Under the pieces are notes generated by a model. The model made no database searches and was not told where the DNA came from. It was given only the letters and a program-made list of their open reading frames with translations. The position numbers and the translations under genes were made by a program. 64,000 bases of DNA, from the NCBI GenBank assembly GCA_965116495.1, contig OZ220696.1, positions 128,001 through 192,000 on the forward strand, read 5' to 3'. This DNA is from Gammaproteobacteria bacterium (GTDB lineage Bacteria; Pseudomonadota; Gammaproteobacteria; Eutrophobiales; Eutrophobiaceae). Positions within the stretch are counted from its first letter, which is position 1. Each line of letters opens with the position of its first letter. Shown one piece after another: positions 9,841-20,736 of the stretch.

Positions 9841-10884
9841 TTATGGACTGGGATTGGGTTGCGATCTATGGATTTCATCGATCCGTTTCAACAGGCGTTT
9901 GTCCAGTTCCAGCTCAACGCTGGCGATGTTCGCGGCAAGCTGTGCCAGCGTGGTTGCGCCGATGATCGTGCTGGTGATGAAAGGGCGCTGGTTGACGAAC
10001 GCCAGGGCCAACTGTGCCGGGTCCATGCCGTGTTCAGCAGCGAGGGCGGTGTATTGCCGGGTACATTCATTGGCCGTTTTGCTGTTATAGCGTTTGTATA
10101 GAGTACCGAACAGGGACAGGCGCGCCCCTTCGGGTTGGTTCCCGTTTAAGTATTTCCCTGATAATACGCCAAAACCCAGCGGAGAATAAGCCAGCAACCC
10201 GATTTTTTCCCGGTGAGCGAATTCTGCAAGACCGATTTCAAAGCTCCTGTTCAGCAGACTGTACGGATTCTGGATCGAGACAATACGCGGCAGGTTTAAT
10301 TCCCGGGCTGTCCTGAGGTACTCGCTGATACCCCAGGGCGTTTCGTTGGAAACGCCGGTATAACGAATCTTGCCTGCCTGTACCAGGTCATCCAGGGCGC
10401 TGAGCGTTTCCTCTATGGGTACGCCGTCCTTGTGCGGGGCATGGTAGTAGTCGAGGCGGCCGAAATAATTCGTGTCCCGTTCCGGCCAGTGAATCTGGTA
10501 TAGATCGATATAATCCGTCTGCATGCGTTTCAGGCTGGCGTCAACGGCCAGTTGCATGTTTTTTTTATTCAGCCGGTTGTTTCCGCCACGCATATACTTG
10601 AGATGGTCTGCATCCGGGCACATCTTGGTGGCGATGATCAGGTTTTGCCGGTCCGGGCGCTGTTTCAGCCAACTGCCCAGGTATTCCTCCGTCCGGCCCT
10701 GGGTCTCGGCCCGTATCGGACTGGGATAGAGTTCCGCGGTGTCAATGAAATTAATGCCTTTGCCCACGGCATAGTCAAGCTGCTGATGGGCTTGCGCCTG
10801 CGTATTCTGTTCTCCCCAGGTCATGCTGCCCAGGCAGATCAGGCTGACGTCGATATCGGTATGTCCCAGTTTCCTGTATTGCAT
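9841..10884 (-). CDS. tas: NADP(H)-dependent aldo/keto reductase, Tas family
   Basis: LGSMTWGEQN, GINFIDTAELYP, DYIDLYQIHWP, SIQNPYSLLNR, LAYSPLGFGVLSGKY. Confidence 0.92.
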   Translation of the reverse strand: MQYRKLGHTDIDVSLICLGSMTWGEQNTQAQAHQQLDYAVGKGINFIDTAELYPSPIRAETQGRTEEYLGSWLKQRPDRQNLIIATKMCPDADHLKYMRGGNNRLNKKNMQLAVDASLKRMQTDYIDLYQIHWPERDTNYFGRLDYYHAPHKDGVPIEETLSALDDLVQAGKIRYTGVSNETPWGISEYLRTARELNLPRIVSIQNPYSLLNRSFEIGLAEFAHREKIGLLAYSPLGFGVLSGKYLNGNQPEGARLSLFGTLYKRYNSKTANECTRQYTALAAEHGMDPAQLALAFVNQRPFITSTIIGATTLAQLAANIASVELELDKRLLKRIDEIHRSQPNPSP

Positions 10885-11010
10885 GCAGTCGAATCAATGA
10901 AAAGTTGAATAACTAACAGCCGTTCCCCGTAGCCGGACAGCGCCGGAAAAATCAGCACAAGATGTACTGCCTCGTTGCCGCGATATAATACCCTGCGTGT
11001 GGTTATGGTG

Positions 11011-12438
11011 TCATCCCTCCCGTTGCGATAATGCCTCGATCCCGAACTGTTCGACCGCCTCCAGTGTCTCGCGCACGTCATCCCAGTTCGTATTGTGGTT
11101 GATGATGCAGAGCCGAAGCGAAAACTTCCCCTGGAGTGACGTCGATGAGATGAATGCGGGGTCTTCCCAGAACACGCGGGCCAGAATGTTCCTGTTGAGC
11201 TGTTCCAGGGTGCTTTCATCCAGACCAGGGCTGCCGGGGTTGAAGCGGAAGCAAACGACTCCCAGCGACGCCGGGTTCAACATCTCCAGGACCGGTCTTT
11301 CCCGGACATGCTCCTCGGCCCTAACCGCCAGGTCCATCCCCTTTGACACTGCACGCCGGAACGCGGCCATTCCGAAGGTCTGAACCGACATCCACACCTT
11401 CAATGCCCGGAACGAACGGCTCAGTTGCAGGCCGCGATCCGAAAAGTTCGGGTGGTCCGCTCCCCATACCGTATCCTGCAGGACATCATGATGAACCCCG
11501 AATGCATGCTCGAGGGTGCGCGCGTCCTTTACCAGGAGGCAGCCTGCCTCGTAAGGCTGGAAGAACCATTTGTGTGCGTCCAGTCCGACCGAATCGGCCC
11601 GCTCTATCCCGCCCAGAAGTTTTTTCCCCTTCCCGGTGATGGTTGCGAAGCCGCCGTATGCAGCGTCGACGTGCAACCAGATACCTTCCGCCGCACAGTA
11701 ATCCGCCATGGTTTCAAGCGGGTCGATAGCCCCGGTACTGGTTGCCCCGGCATTGGCGCATATCGCAACGGGATTGAACCCTGCACTGCGGTCTTCAGCT
11801 ACGGCCTGCACGAGTGACGCCATATCCAGGCGGAACCGATCATCGCTTGAAATCATGCGTATACACTCCGGCCGGATGCCGACAATCCCGGCTGCGCGGA
11901 TATGTGCGCTATGGCTCTGGTCGCTCATGTAAACGGTCGCGCGTTCCGGGTGGCCCGCGCTTTCCCGCGCCGCGACAAAGGCGTCGACACTGGCCGCCGA
12001 GCCCCCGCTGGTCAGCAGTCCGCCGGCGCTGTCCGGATAGCCCAGCCAGCGTCGAAACCAGTCGATGACCACCAGTTCGACCTGGCTCGGACCGCTTGCG
12101 ACCAGCCAGGTACAGGCATTGACGTTATACCCGGCGCTCATGAAATCAGCCAGTACCCCGGGCCAGGTGGGCGACGACGGGATGAACCCGAAACAACGCG
12201 GGTGATCCAGCCGGGTCGTGAACGGGAGGATATCCCGTGCGGCCTGTTCAATTACCTCCATTGCCGGGCGTCCGTGCTCAGGCGGAGCCTGCATCAGTTG
12301 ATCTGCGAGAATCTGCCGGAATTCGCCGTCCCAGGCATTTTCTTCGGGCAGTTTCCCGGTCCGTTCCACTACAAGCTCCGCCGTCCTGCGTGCAAGCTCG
12401 AGCATAGCCTCGGGCATCATCTGCAGGTCACCACGCAT
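11011..12438 (-). CDS. PLP-dependent group II decarboxylase (aromatic L-amino-acid decarboxylase-like)
   Basis: HPRCFGFIP, TSGGSAA, WLHVDAAYGG, DAHKW (PLP lysine), LSRSFRALKVW. Confidence 0.9.
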   Translation of the reverse strand: MRGDLQMMPEAMLELARRTAELVVERTGKLPEENAWDGEFRQILADQLMQAPPEHGRPAMEVIEQAARDILPFTTRLDHPRCFGFIPSSPTWPGVLADFMSAGYNVNACTWLVASGPSQVELVVIDWFRRWLGYPDSAGGLLTSGGSAASVDAFVAARESAGHPERATVYMSDQSHSAHIRAAGIVGIRPECIRMISSDDRFRLDMASLVQAVAEDRSAGFNPVAICANAGATSTGAIDPLETMADYCAAEGIWLHVDAAYGGFATITGKGKKLLGGIERADSVGLDAHKWFFQPYEAGCLLVKDARTLEHAFGVHHDVLQDTVWGADHPNFSDRGLQLSRSFRALKVWMSVQTFGMAAFRRAVSKGMDLAVRAEEHVRERPVLEMLNPASLGVVCFRFNPGSPGLDESTLEQLNRNILARVFWEDPAFISSTSLQGKFSLRLCIINHNTNWDDVRETLEAVEQFGIEALSQREG

Positions 12439-12599
12439 TTACCCACCCCGCGATCATTATAGTCATAAACTGTTTCCTGTCTTATACAGGATTATTCCGG
12501 TTGTCACAAAATCATTAACATTTTTTAGTTTCCAGTTGTTGAATTTTGGTTGATACTACTGTCTCCCGGTAACCAGAACTGACTTTGGAAGAGCAACTG

Positions 12600-13643
12600 A
12601 TGGATACAATTACCCTGCTGAAGCCGGATGATTTTCATCTGCACCTGCGCGACGGGGAGGAATTGTCCAGTATTGTGGGTGACAGCGCCCGGCGTTTCGC
12701 CAGGGCTGTCATTATGCCGAACCTGGCGCCACCGGTGGTGTCCGTCCGGCAGGCCCTGGAATACCGGCAGAGGATCCTTGCCTGCTTGCCCGAAAACACG
12801 GGATTTAATCCATTGATGACCCTGTACCTGACCGATGGCACCGGCGCGGACGAAGTGGATCGCGTTGCAGATAATGAGGAGGTGTGTGCATTCAAGTACT
12901 ACCCGGCGGGCGCCACGACCAATTCCGCATCCGGTGTCACGGCTATTGACAAGGTGATACCGTTACTGGAGCATATGGCGCAAAGAGACGTTCCACTGCT
13001 GGTACATGGTGAAGTGACCGATGCCGGTGTTGACGTGTTCGACCGGGAAAAAATGTTTATCGAACGGGTATTGGCGCCACTGGCAGAGAATATCAGTGCA
13101 TTACGGATTGTTTTTGAGCATATCACCACCCGCGATGCGGTACAGTTCGTCAGCGCTGCGTCGGAGAAGGTTGCGGCAACGATTACCCCGCATCACCTGA
13201 TGCTGGACCGGAATGCCATATTTTCCGGTGGAATTAATCCACACCATTACTGCCTGCCCCTCCTGAAAAGGGAAGAACACAGGCAGGCCCTGGTAGCGGC
13301 AGCGGTCAGCGGCAACACGAAATTTTTCCTCGGCAGTGACAGCGCCCCCCACAGCCGGCAGGCAAAAGAAAAGCCGCCGGGCTGTGCGGGCATCTATAAT
13401 GCTTATGCAGGTATTGAATATTATGCTTCCGTATTCGATGCTATGAACAGTCTGGGTACACTGGAACAATTCTCAAGCAGGAATGGTGCGCGTTTTTATG
13501 GATTACCGTTAAATACGGAAAAGATTACACTGCGCCGGGAAGACTGGCGCATACCTCACACGATCACCTTTGCGGGTACCCTGCTGGTGCCGTTCATGGC
13601 GGGTAATGCCTGTCAGTGGAAATTAGTGCAATCTCCGGGTTAA
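12600..13643 (+). CDS. pyrC: Dihydroorotase
   Basis: PDDFHLHLRDG, KYYPAGATTNS, VFEHITT, FFLGSDSAPH. Confidence 0.97.
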   Translation: MDTITLLKPDDFHLHLRDGEELSSIVGDSARRFARAVIMPNLAPPVVSVRQALEYRQRILACLPENTGFNPLMTLYLTDGTGADEVDRVADNEEVCAFKYYPAGATTNSASGVTAIDKVIPLLEHMAQRDVPLLVHGEVTDAGVDVFDREKMFIERVLAPLAENISALRIVFEHITTRDAVQFVSAASEKVAATITPHHLMLDRNAIFSGGINPHHYCLPLLKREEHRQALVAAAVSGNTKFFLGSDSAPHSRQAKEKPPGCAGIYNAYAGIEYYASVFDAMNSLGTLEQFSSRNGARFYGLPLNTEKITLRREDWRIPHTITFAGTLLVPFMAGNACQWKLVQSPG

Positions 13644-14260
13644 TGCACACTGACAAGAACAGTCTGATTGCGGGACGCTTCCGGGGTTATTACCCAGTGG
13701 TCGTGGACGTGGAAACGGCAGGGTTCAATCCCGTCAAGGATGCCCTGCTCGAGGCCGCAGTGGTGTTTCTGCATGTCGAACCTGACGGTTTGTGGCACCC
13801 CCAGGAGACCATATCAAAACATATCCAGCCGTTTCCCGGCGCCAACCTGGACAAGGCGGCGCTGGATTTTACCGGTATCGACCCTGATCATCCTTTCCGC
13901 AAGGAGATCGCCGTGTCCGAGAAAGAGGCATTACGCGATATTTTCCAGGCCGTCAAGAGGATGATGAAGCAACACGGGTGCAGTCGCGCCATCCTGGTGG
14001 GACACAATCCCTCCTTTGACCTGAGTTTCATCAACGCCGCAGCCAACCGCTGCGGTATCACCCGCAATCCCTTTCACCCATTCAGTACGTTTGACACGGC
14101 CACCCTGGGCGGCCTGGCATACGGCCAGACCGTATTGTCCCGCGCAGTTCAGGCTGCGGGGCTGGACTGGGAAGAGGAAGAAGCGCATTCGGCCCTGTAC
14201 GACGCTGAACGCACGGCCGAACTGTTCTGCAATATCGTCAATCTCTGGCGTTTGCATTAG
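13643..14260 (+). CDS. rnt: Ribonuclease T
   Basis: RFRGYYPVVVDVETAGF, RNPFHPFSTFDTATLGGLAYGQTVL, AHSALYD. Confidence 0.97.
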   Translation: MHTDKNSLIAGRFRGYYPVVVDVETAGFNPVKDALLEAAVVFLHVEPDGLWHPQETISKHIQPFPGANLDKAALDFTGIDPDHPFRKEIAVSEKEALRDIFQAVKRMMKQHGCSRAILVGHNPSFDLSFINAAANRCGITRNPFHPFSTFDTATLGGLAYGQTVLSRAVQAAGLDWEEEEAHSALYDAERTAELFCNIVNLWRLH

Positions 14261-14340
14261 CGCTCCACGTCTCCCGACGGCCATTCCGGGCCCGCCCCGG
14301 ATTCCGCTATACACAACGACATAAATGATGCCACATCATG

Positions 14341-14462
14341 GTTCTGTCATTCCTGCGAATGTTTATCCCTGCGCGGGCAGGGACCGGAATCCAGTGAAAA
14401 AACATTCCTTATAAGGAGTTTTGTTGTCTACTGGATTCCTGCATTTGCAGGAATGACAGAAC
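14341..14462. repeat. Full family C palindromic element
   Basis: gttctgtcattcctgcgaat...ggaatccagt...actggattcctgcatttgcaggaatgacagaac, with terminal inverted repeats. Confidence 0.85.
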
Positions 14463-14604
14463 AGGATTTTTACTGGATTTTACTTGGGCAAAACACTACC
14501 GTAAACGGCATGGTTGTGGTAGAATTCCCTGCTTAAGTCAAACTCCATTTCAACTGCAATAAATTGCATGGAGCAACCCTGTTTTTGCCTGATTAGAGAA
14601 AACT

Positions 14605-17175
14605 ATGCCTGACGAGATTGCCCGGTCTGTTTTGCCGGTAAATATTGAAGATGAAATGCGTCAATCCTACATGGATTACGCGATGAGCGTCATCGTCGGC
14701 AGGGCCTTGCCGGACGTCCGTGACGGACTGAAACCTGTCCACAGGCGGGTGCTGTTCGCCATGAATGAAATGGGCAATGATTATAACAAGCCGTACAAGA
14801 AGTCCGCCCGTGTCGTGGGTGATGTCATCGGTAAATATCACCCTCACGGCGATTCCGCCGTTTACGACACCATTGTGCGGATGGCCCAGAAATTTTCCCT
14901 GCGTTACGTACTGGTAGACGGGCAGGGCAATTTCGGATCGGTGGACGGCGATGCCCCGGCTGCGATGCGCTATACCGAAGTGCGCATGGCCAGGATCGCG
15001 CATGAGTTACTGGAGGACATAGACAAGGAAACCGTCGATTACATACCAAACTATGACGGCGCCGAACATGAGCCCGTGGTTTTGCCGACACGCCTGCCCA
15101 ACCTCCTGGTCAACGGTTCCAGCGGCATTGCCGTCGGCATGGCGACTAATATTCCACCGCATAATTTAACTGAAGTGGCCAATGCCTGTATTGCGCTGCT
15201 GGAGGACGAAAACCTCAGCATAGAGCAATTGATCGAGTATATACCGGGACCGGACTTTCCTACTGCCGGTATCATTAACGGTTCCCAGGGCATTCACGAA
15301 GCCTACCGCACCGGTCGCGGACGCATTTACATGCGCGCCCGGTCGCATATCGAATCCGATGAAAAATCCGCACAGGACACCATTGTCATTACCGAGCTGC
15401 CCTACCAGGTGAACAAGGCCCGGCTGCAGGAAAAGATTGCGGAACTGGTGAAAGACAAAAAGCTGACCGGTATTCGCGAATTACGCGATGAATCCGATAA
15501 GGACGGTATGCGGCTGGTTATCGAGTTGCGCCGCGGCGAAGTGCCGGAAGTCATCCTTAATAACCTGTACCAGTTCACCGCAATCCAGAGTGTTTTCGGA
15601 ATCAACCTGGTCGCGTTGGATGACGGTCAACCCCGCCTGATGACCCTGAAGGACATGCTGGATGCATTTATCAGGCACCGGCGCGAGGTGGTAATCCGGC
15701 GTACCCTGTTCGAGTTGCGTAAAGCCAGGGCCCGTGCGCACATCCTGGAGGGACTGGCGGCTGCACTGGCCAACATCGACCCGATGATCGAACTGATCAA
15801 GAACTCCGCCACGCCGGCCGAGGCTAAACGCGGCCTGCTGTCGGCGCCATGGCAGCCCGGGGCGGTCGTTGCGCTGCTGGAACGGGTCAGCACGGATATT
15901 TCCAGACCCGATGACCTGCCGGAAGGGTTGGGCCTGGGCGCAGACGGGTATCGCCTGTCGGAGGTCCAGGCCCAGGCCATATTGGAACTGCGCCTGCAAA
16001 AACTGACCGGACTGGAGCAGGAAAAGATTATCAGTGAATACGAGGAGTTGCTGGACCGGATAGGTGACCTGCTTGACGTGTTGGCGCGCCCACAGCGGCT
16101 GCTGGAGGTAATCAGGACGGAACTGGAACAGGTCAGGGAGCAATATGGCGATGAACGGCGCACTGAGATCATCGAAGACCAGCAGGCCCTGACCCTGGAA
16201 GACCTGATCACCGAACAGGATGTGGTGGTGACCTTGTCCCATGCGGGTTACGCAAAAACGCAACCCCTTGATGTTTACCGATCACAGCGGCGCGGCGGCA
16301 GGGGCAAGTCGGCCACTGTTGTGAAAGACGAAGATTTTATCGACAAGCTGTTCATTGCCAGCACGCACGATACCCTGCTGTGTTTCTCCAGCCTGGGCAG
16401 GTTGTACTGGCTGAAGGTGTATGAATTGCCCAAGGCCAGTCGCTCCGCCAAGGGTAAACCTATCGTCAACCTGTTACCCTTGAGTGAGGGTGAGCGCATC
16501 AATGCAGTGTTGCCTATACGGGAATTCAGTGACGATCTTTTCGTTTTCATGGCAACCCGGGACGGTACGGCCAAGAAGACGGCGCTGAAGAGCTTTTCCA
16601 GGGCAAGGCCGAGCGGTATCAGGGCGATTGAACTGGTCGAGGGCAATCAACTGGTGGGTGTCGAACTGACGGACGGTAATGATGACGTTATGTTGTTCAG
16701 CGACGCGGGCAAGGTGATTCGCTTCAGGGAAGCCGATGTGCGCCCCATGGGCAGAACGGCGAGGGGGGTCAGGGGTATCCGCCTGGGTCCGGATGACAAG
16801 GTCATTTCCCTGAACATAGTCAAGGAGGGCAAAGCGGTATTGACCGCCACCGAACATGGCTACGGCAAACGCACCCCGATCGAGGATTACCCGCTGCGGG
16901 GCCGCGGCGGTCAGGGTGTGATTTCCATCCGCACCGACGCGCGCAACGGCAAGGTGGTGGGGGCTGATATGGTCGATAAGGACGATGAGATTATGCTGAT
17001 AAGCGACCAGGGTACCTTGATCCGGATGTCGGCAGGCGAAGTATCGGTTGTCGGCCGTAATACCATGGGGGTAAAACTGGTCAACCTGAATGAAGGGGAG
17101 CGCCTTGCCGGACTTGAACGGGTTATTGAGTACGGAGAAGACAACAACGGTAACGATGTCCCGTCCCCGGCGTGA
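14605..17175 (+). CDS. gyrA: DNA gyrase subunit A
   Basis: [19 protein letters not shown], GyrA box QRRGGRG, C-terminal beta-pinwheel repeats. Confidence 0.99.
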   Translation: MPDEIARSVLPVNIEDEMRQSYMDYAMSVIVGRALPDVRDGLKPVHRRVLFAMNEMGNDYNKPYKKSARVVGDVIGKYHPHGDSAVYDTIVRMAQKFSLRYVLVDGQGNFGSVDGDAPAAMRYTEVRMARIAHELLEDIDKETVDYIPNYDGAEHEPVVLPTRLPNLLVNGSSGIAVGMATNIPPHNLTEVANACIALLEDENLSIEQLIEYIPGPDFPTAGIINGSQGIHEAYRTGRGRIYMRARSHIESDEKSAQDTIVITELPYQVNKARLQEKIAELVKDKKLTGIRELRDESDKDGMRLVIELRRGEVPEVILNNLYQFTAIQSVFGINLVALDDGQPRLMTLKDMLDAFIRHRREVVIRRTLFELRKARARAHILEGLAAALANIDPMIELIKNSATPAEAKRGLLSAPWQPGAVVALLERVSTDISRPDDLPEGLGLGADGYRLSEVQAQAILELRLQKLTGLEQEKIISEYEELLDRIGDLLDVLARPQRLLEVIRTELEQVREQYGDERRTEIIEDQQALTLEDLITEQDVVVTLSHAGYAKTQPLDVYRSQRRGGRGKSATVVKDEDFIDKLFIASTHDTLLCFSSLGRLYWLKVYELPKASRSAKGKPIVNLLPLSEGERINAVLPIREFSDDLFVFMATRDGTAKKTALKSFSRARPSGIRAIELVEGNQLVGVELTDGNDDVMLFSDAGKVIRFREADVRPMGRTARGVRGIRLGPDDKVISLNIVKEGKAVLTATEHGYGKRTPIEDYPLRGRGGQGVISIRTDARNGKVVGADMVDKDDEIMLISDQGTLIRMSAGEVSVVGRNTMGVKLVNLNEGERLAGLERVIEYGEDNNGNDVPSPA

Positions 17176-17197
17176 TTTTCCGGCGTCAGGGTAAACC

Positions 17198-18298
17198 ATG
17201 CCGGTAAACCCCGTCTATAATTTCAGCGCCGGACCGGCGCTGCTGCCCCGGGACGTGATGGCGAAGGTTCAGGAAGAATTTCTTGACTGGCATGGTCTCG
17301 GCATCTCCATTGCTGAAATGAGCCACAGGAGCCGGGCATTCAAGGGCGTGGCCGAGCAGTCCGTCCGGGATTTAACCGGGTTGCTTGGGGTCCCGGAAAA
17401 TTACCGGATACTGTTCCTGCAAGGGGGCGCTACACACGTGATGAGTATGGCGCCGTTGAACCTGTGCGGCAAATCCGACGGCGCCGATTACGTGGTTACG
17501 GGCGCCTGGTCGGATAAGGCGGCCAGGGAGGCCGGTCGCCTCACAAACGTGAATATTGCCGCCACGTCCGCAGCCTCGAATTTCACCGCTATCCCCGGCC
17601 AGGACGACTGGCGTCTCAGCGAGCGGTCTGCATACCTGTATTATTGCGATAATGAAACGATCGCGGGAGTTGAGTTTCAGTCTGTGCCGGTATTGCCCGA
17701 CGCCAACGAAGATACCGTGCTGGTCTGCGATATGACGTCCAATTTTTTATCCCGTCCCGTGCCGGTGGACCGTTTTGGGCTGATATTTGCAGGCGCGCAA
17801 AAGAATTTCGCCCCGGCCGGTTTGACCGTCGCCCTGGTGCGGGAGGACTTGCTTGGCCGGGCGCGCCCGGACATTCCGGTTTTATACGATTTCAAGGTGC
17901 TGGCGGAACATGATTCCATGTTCAACACACCGCCTGTGTTCAACTGGTACATGGCGGGTCTGACGTTTGTCTGGATCAGGGAGCAGGGAGGCGTGGAACA
18001 GATGCACGAGAACGCGCTGCGTCGTTCAGGCAAGCTGTACGATTTCATCGACAGTCATGATTTCTACAACAACCCCATCGCCGGATCCTGCCGGTCGAGG
18101 ATGAACGTACCGTTCATGCTGGCGGATGCGGACCTTGACGGCGCTTTTCTCGCTGCGGCAGGGGACAACGGGTTGGTTGAATTGAAAGGTCATCGCAGCG
18201 TGGGCGGAATGCGGGCAAGCATGTACAATGGGATGCCTGAAGCCGGAGTGGATACGCTGATTGAATTCATGGCTGATTTTGCCGCCCGCTATGGGTGA
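17198..18298 (+). CDS. serC: Phosphoserine aminotransferase
   Basis: YNFSAGPA, EMSHRS, FAGAQKN, GHRSVGGMRAS. Confidence 0.98.
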   Translation: MPVNPVYNFSAGPALLPRDVMAKVQEEFLDWHGLGISIAEMSHRSRAFKGVAEQSVRDLTGLLGVPENYRILFLQGGATHVMSMAPLNLCGKSDGADYVVTGAWSDKAAREAGRLTNVNIAATSAASNFTAIPGQDDWRLSERSAYLYYCDNETIAGVEFQSVPVLPDANEDTVLVCDMTSNFLSRPVPVDRFGLIFAGAQKNFAPAGLTVALVREDLLGRARPDIPVLYDFKVLAEHDSMFNTPPVFNWYMAGLTFVWIREQGGVEQMHENALRRSGKLYDFIDSHDFYNNPIAGSCRSRMNVPFMLADADLDGAFLAAAGDNGLVELKGHRSVGGMRASMYNGMPEAGVDTLIEFMADFAARYG

Positions 18299-18342
18299 GC
18301 AGGAAAGTTGCGCCAGGGATGGCTTGTACAATATGTAAATTC

Positions 18343-19419
18343 ATGAAAAATTCACAGCTGGAACAATTAAGGAGTGAAATTGATGTCCTGGACGAGCAGT
18401 TGATCGAACTGCTTAACCGGCGCGCGCGCCTGGCGCTGGAAATAGCCGAAGTAAAAAAACAGGTAAATGATACGTTGCCGTTGTACCGGCCTGAACGTGA
18501 AGCGCGGGTCTTGGACCGGGTGAAGAACCTGAATACGGGACCCTTGCCGGATGACGAGGTCGTCAGGCTGGTGCGGGAGGTCATGTCTGCTTGCCTGGCA
18601 CTGGAGGCGCCGCTCAGTATCGCCTGCCTGGGGCCGGAAGGGACATTTACCGAAGCAGCCGCGATAAAACAGTTCGGACAATCGGTTAAACTGTCGCTGC
18701 TGGGCAGTATCGACCAGGTATTCCGGGAAGTCGAAGCAGACGTATGCCAATACGGAGTGGTTCCTGTCGAGAACTCGATTGAGGGCGCGGTCAACCATAC
18801 CCTGGACATGTTGCTGGTTTCCGACCTGAAACTCTGTGGTGAAGTGGAACTGCGCATCCACCAGCATTTACTCAGCCGTTCGGAAAACCTGGAGGATATT
18901 GAAACCGTGTATTCCCACGAACAGTCATTGGCGCAGTGCCGCCACTGGCTCGACACAAACATGGCGGATGTCCGTCGCGTTCCCGTGCCGAGTAATGCGG
19001 AAGCGGCGTTAAATGCCGGTAGTAACGAGAACAGCGCAGCCGTGGCAGGTGAGCGTGCGGCACTGGTTTACGAATTACCCATTCTCAGGAAAAACATTGA
19101 GGATAATCCTGCCAATACCACGCGTTTCCTGGTGATCGGCAAGGAGTCGCTACCGGTCAGCGCTAATGACAAGACCTCGGTATTGTTTGCCATGCCAAGC
19201 AAACCCGGCGCACTGTTGAACATGCTGGCATGTTTCGCGGGGCATAACGTGAATATGACGAGGATAGAATCGAGGCCGTCGCGCCAGGAAATGTGGGAAT
19301 ACGTGTTTTTCGTGGATATCGCCGGTCATGCAGACGATGAACAGGTAGCGCAGGCCCTGGCCGAGTTGCGTGACAGGGCAGCCATGATGAAGCTGCTGGG
19401 GTCCTATCCCGCGGCATAA
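18343..19419 (+). CDS. pheA: Chorismate mutase/prephenate dehydratase (P-protein)
   Basis: LRSEIDVLD..LLNRRA chorismate mutase domain; LGPEGTF, PVENSIEG, NTTRF and IESRPS. Confidence 0.97.
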   Translation: MKNSQLEQLRSEIDVLDEQLIELLNRRARLALEIAEVKKQVNDTLPLYRPEREARVLDRVKNLNTGPLPDDEVVRLVREVMSACLALEAPLSIACLGPEGTFTEAAAIKQFGQSVKLSLLGSIDQVFREVEADVCQYGVVPVENSIEGAVNHTLDMLLVSDLKLCGEVELRIHQHLLSRSENLEDIETVYSHEQSLAQCRHWLDTNMADVRRVPVPSNAEAALNAGSNENSAAVAGERAALVYELPILRKNIEDNPANTTRFLVIGKESLPVSANDKTSVLFAMPSKPGALLNMLACFAGHNVNMTRIESRPSRQEMWEYVFFVDIAGHADDEQVAQALAELRDRAAMMKLLGSYPAA

Positions 19420-19427
19420 CTGGTTCA

Positions 19428-19519
19428 GTAAATGGGGTCAGGTCGCACAATGCACACTATGGTTGAAGTGGCGAAGTATTTCGGAGTCAGTGTGCATTGT
19501 GCGACCTGACCCCATTTAC
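19428..19519. mobile_element. MITE-like element with a perfect 31-bp inverted repeat and flanking 10-bp direct repeats
   Basis: gtaaatggggtcaggtcgcacaatgcacact / agtgtgcattgtgcgacctgaccccatttac; TAACTGGTTC at 19417-19426 and 19522-19531. Confidence 0.75.
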
Positions 19520-19589
19520 CCTAACTGGTTCCGGTTTCAAGCTGAAACCAGGCCGTCATCAACAAAATAATTGACAGGTACAAGACACC

Positions 19590-20693
19590 ATGACTATTGA
19601 TATCGCCGGATTAGCGACGCCGGGAATTGCCGCATTACCGCCGTACCGGCCCGGCAAATCGGCTGACGACGTGCAGCGTGAGCTCGGTTTGACTGATGTG
19701 ATCAAGCTGGCGTCCAATGAAAATTCCCTGGGTCCCAGTAAAAAAGTACAGGAGGCGCTGAGCGCGGGCGGGTTTGACCTGAACCGTTATCCGGATGGTT
19801 CCGGGTCTTCCCTGAAACGCGCCATAGCGGATTTCCACGGCGTCAGCCCGGAACAGATTACCCTGGGCAACGGTTCCAACGATGTGCTGGAACTGGCGGC
19901 CCGCAGTATTGTGACCAGCGCGCATGAGGTAATCTATTCCGAAAATGCTTTCATTGTTTATCACCTGGCGACCCATGCTATCGGCGCTACTCCCGTCGTC
20001 ATACCCACCCGGGACTACACGCATGACCTGGCGGCGATGCTGGATGCAATCAGCGCGCGCACCCGGCTGATCTTTATCGATAACCCGAATAATCCGACCG
20101 GAAGCTGGATCGGCAGGGACGAGTTACGGTCGTTTCTTGCTTCCGTGCCCGAAGACGTGATGGTGGTGATCGATGAGGCCTATTATGATTATGCCGCTTC
20201 CCTGTGTGATGATTATCCGAATTCAATAGACCTGTTGCCGGAATTTCCCAACGTGGTCACTGCCCGTACTTTTTCCAAAGCCTACGGCCTGGCCGGGCTC
20301 CGGGTCGGTTACGCGATCAGCCATCCGGACATGGCTGATATAATGAACCGGGTAAGGCAGCCTTTCAATGTGAATACCCCGGCCCTGCTCGCCGCGGAAG
20401 TCGCATTGAAGGACCAGGAACACCTGCGCCGCTGTGTCGCAGTCAACGATCTGGGGATGCAGACGCTGACTTCGGGTTTTGCCGATTTGGGGATAGAATG
20501 GATAGACTCCATAGCCAATTTCATCAGTTTTGGCCTGAAACGGCCGGCTGATCCTGTCTACCAGGCCATGATGCATGACGGTATTATCGTCCGCCCCATA
20601 GTTGAATACGGGTTACCCAACCACCTGCGGGTGACTATCGGCCTGGAACAGGAAAACGCCGCATTCCTGAAAGCCCTGGCGCGGGCCTGCTAG
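19590..20693 (+). CDS. hisC: Histidinol-phosphate aminotransferase
   Basis: IKLASNEN, NPNNPTG, DEAY, RTFSKAYGLAGLRVG. Confidence 0.95.
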   Translation: MTIDIAGLATPGIAALPPYRPGKSADDVQRELGLTDVIKLASNENSLGPSKKVQEALSAGGFDLNRYPDGSGSSLKRAIADFHGVSPEQITLGNGSNDVLELAARSIVTSAHEVIYSENAFIVYHLATHAIGATPVVIPTRDYTHDLAAMLDAISARTRLIFIDNPNNPTGSWIGRDELRSFLASVPEDVMVVIDEAYYDYAASLCDDYPNSIDLLPEFPNVVTARTFSKAYGLAGLRVGYAISHPDMADIMNRVRQPFNVNTPALLAAEVALKDQEHLRRCVAVNDLGMQTLTSGFADLGIEWIDSIANFISFGLKRPADPVYQAMMHDGIIVRPIVEYGLPNHLRVTIGLEQENAAFLKALARAC

Positions 20694-20736
20694 ATATCGG
20701 TTCGTTACCCGGCCTTAAAATTGACCTGGTAGAAGC

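Noticed and set aside
9459-10090. ORFs with 24-aa repeats on both strands
   Set aside because: They are a by-product of the 72-bp DNA repeat, with no RBS or recognisable domain.
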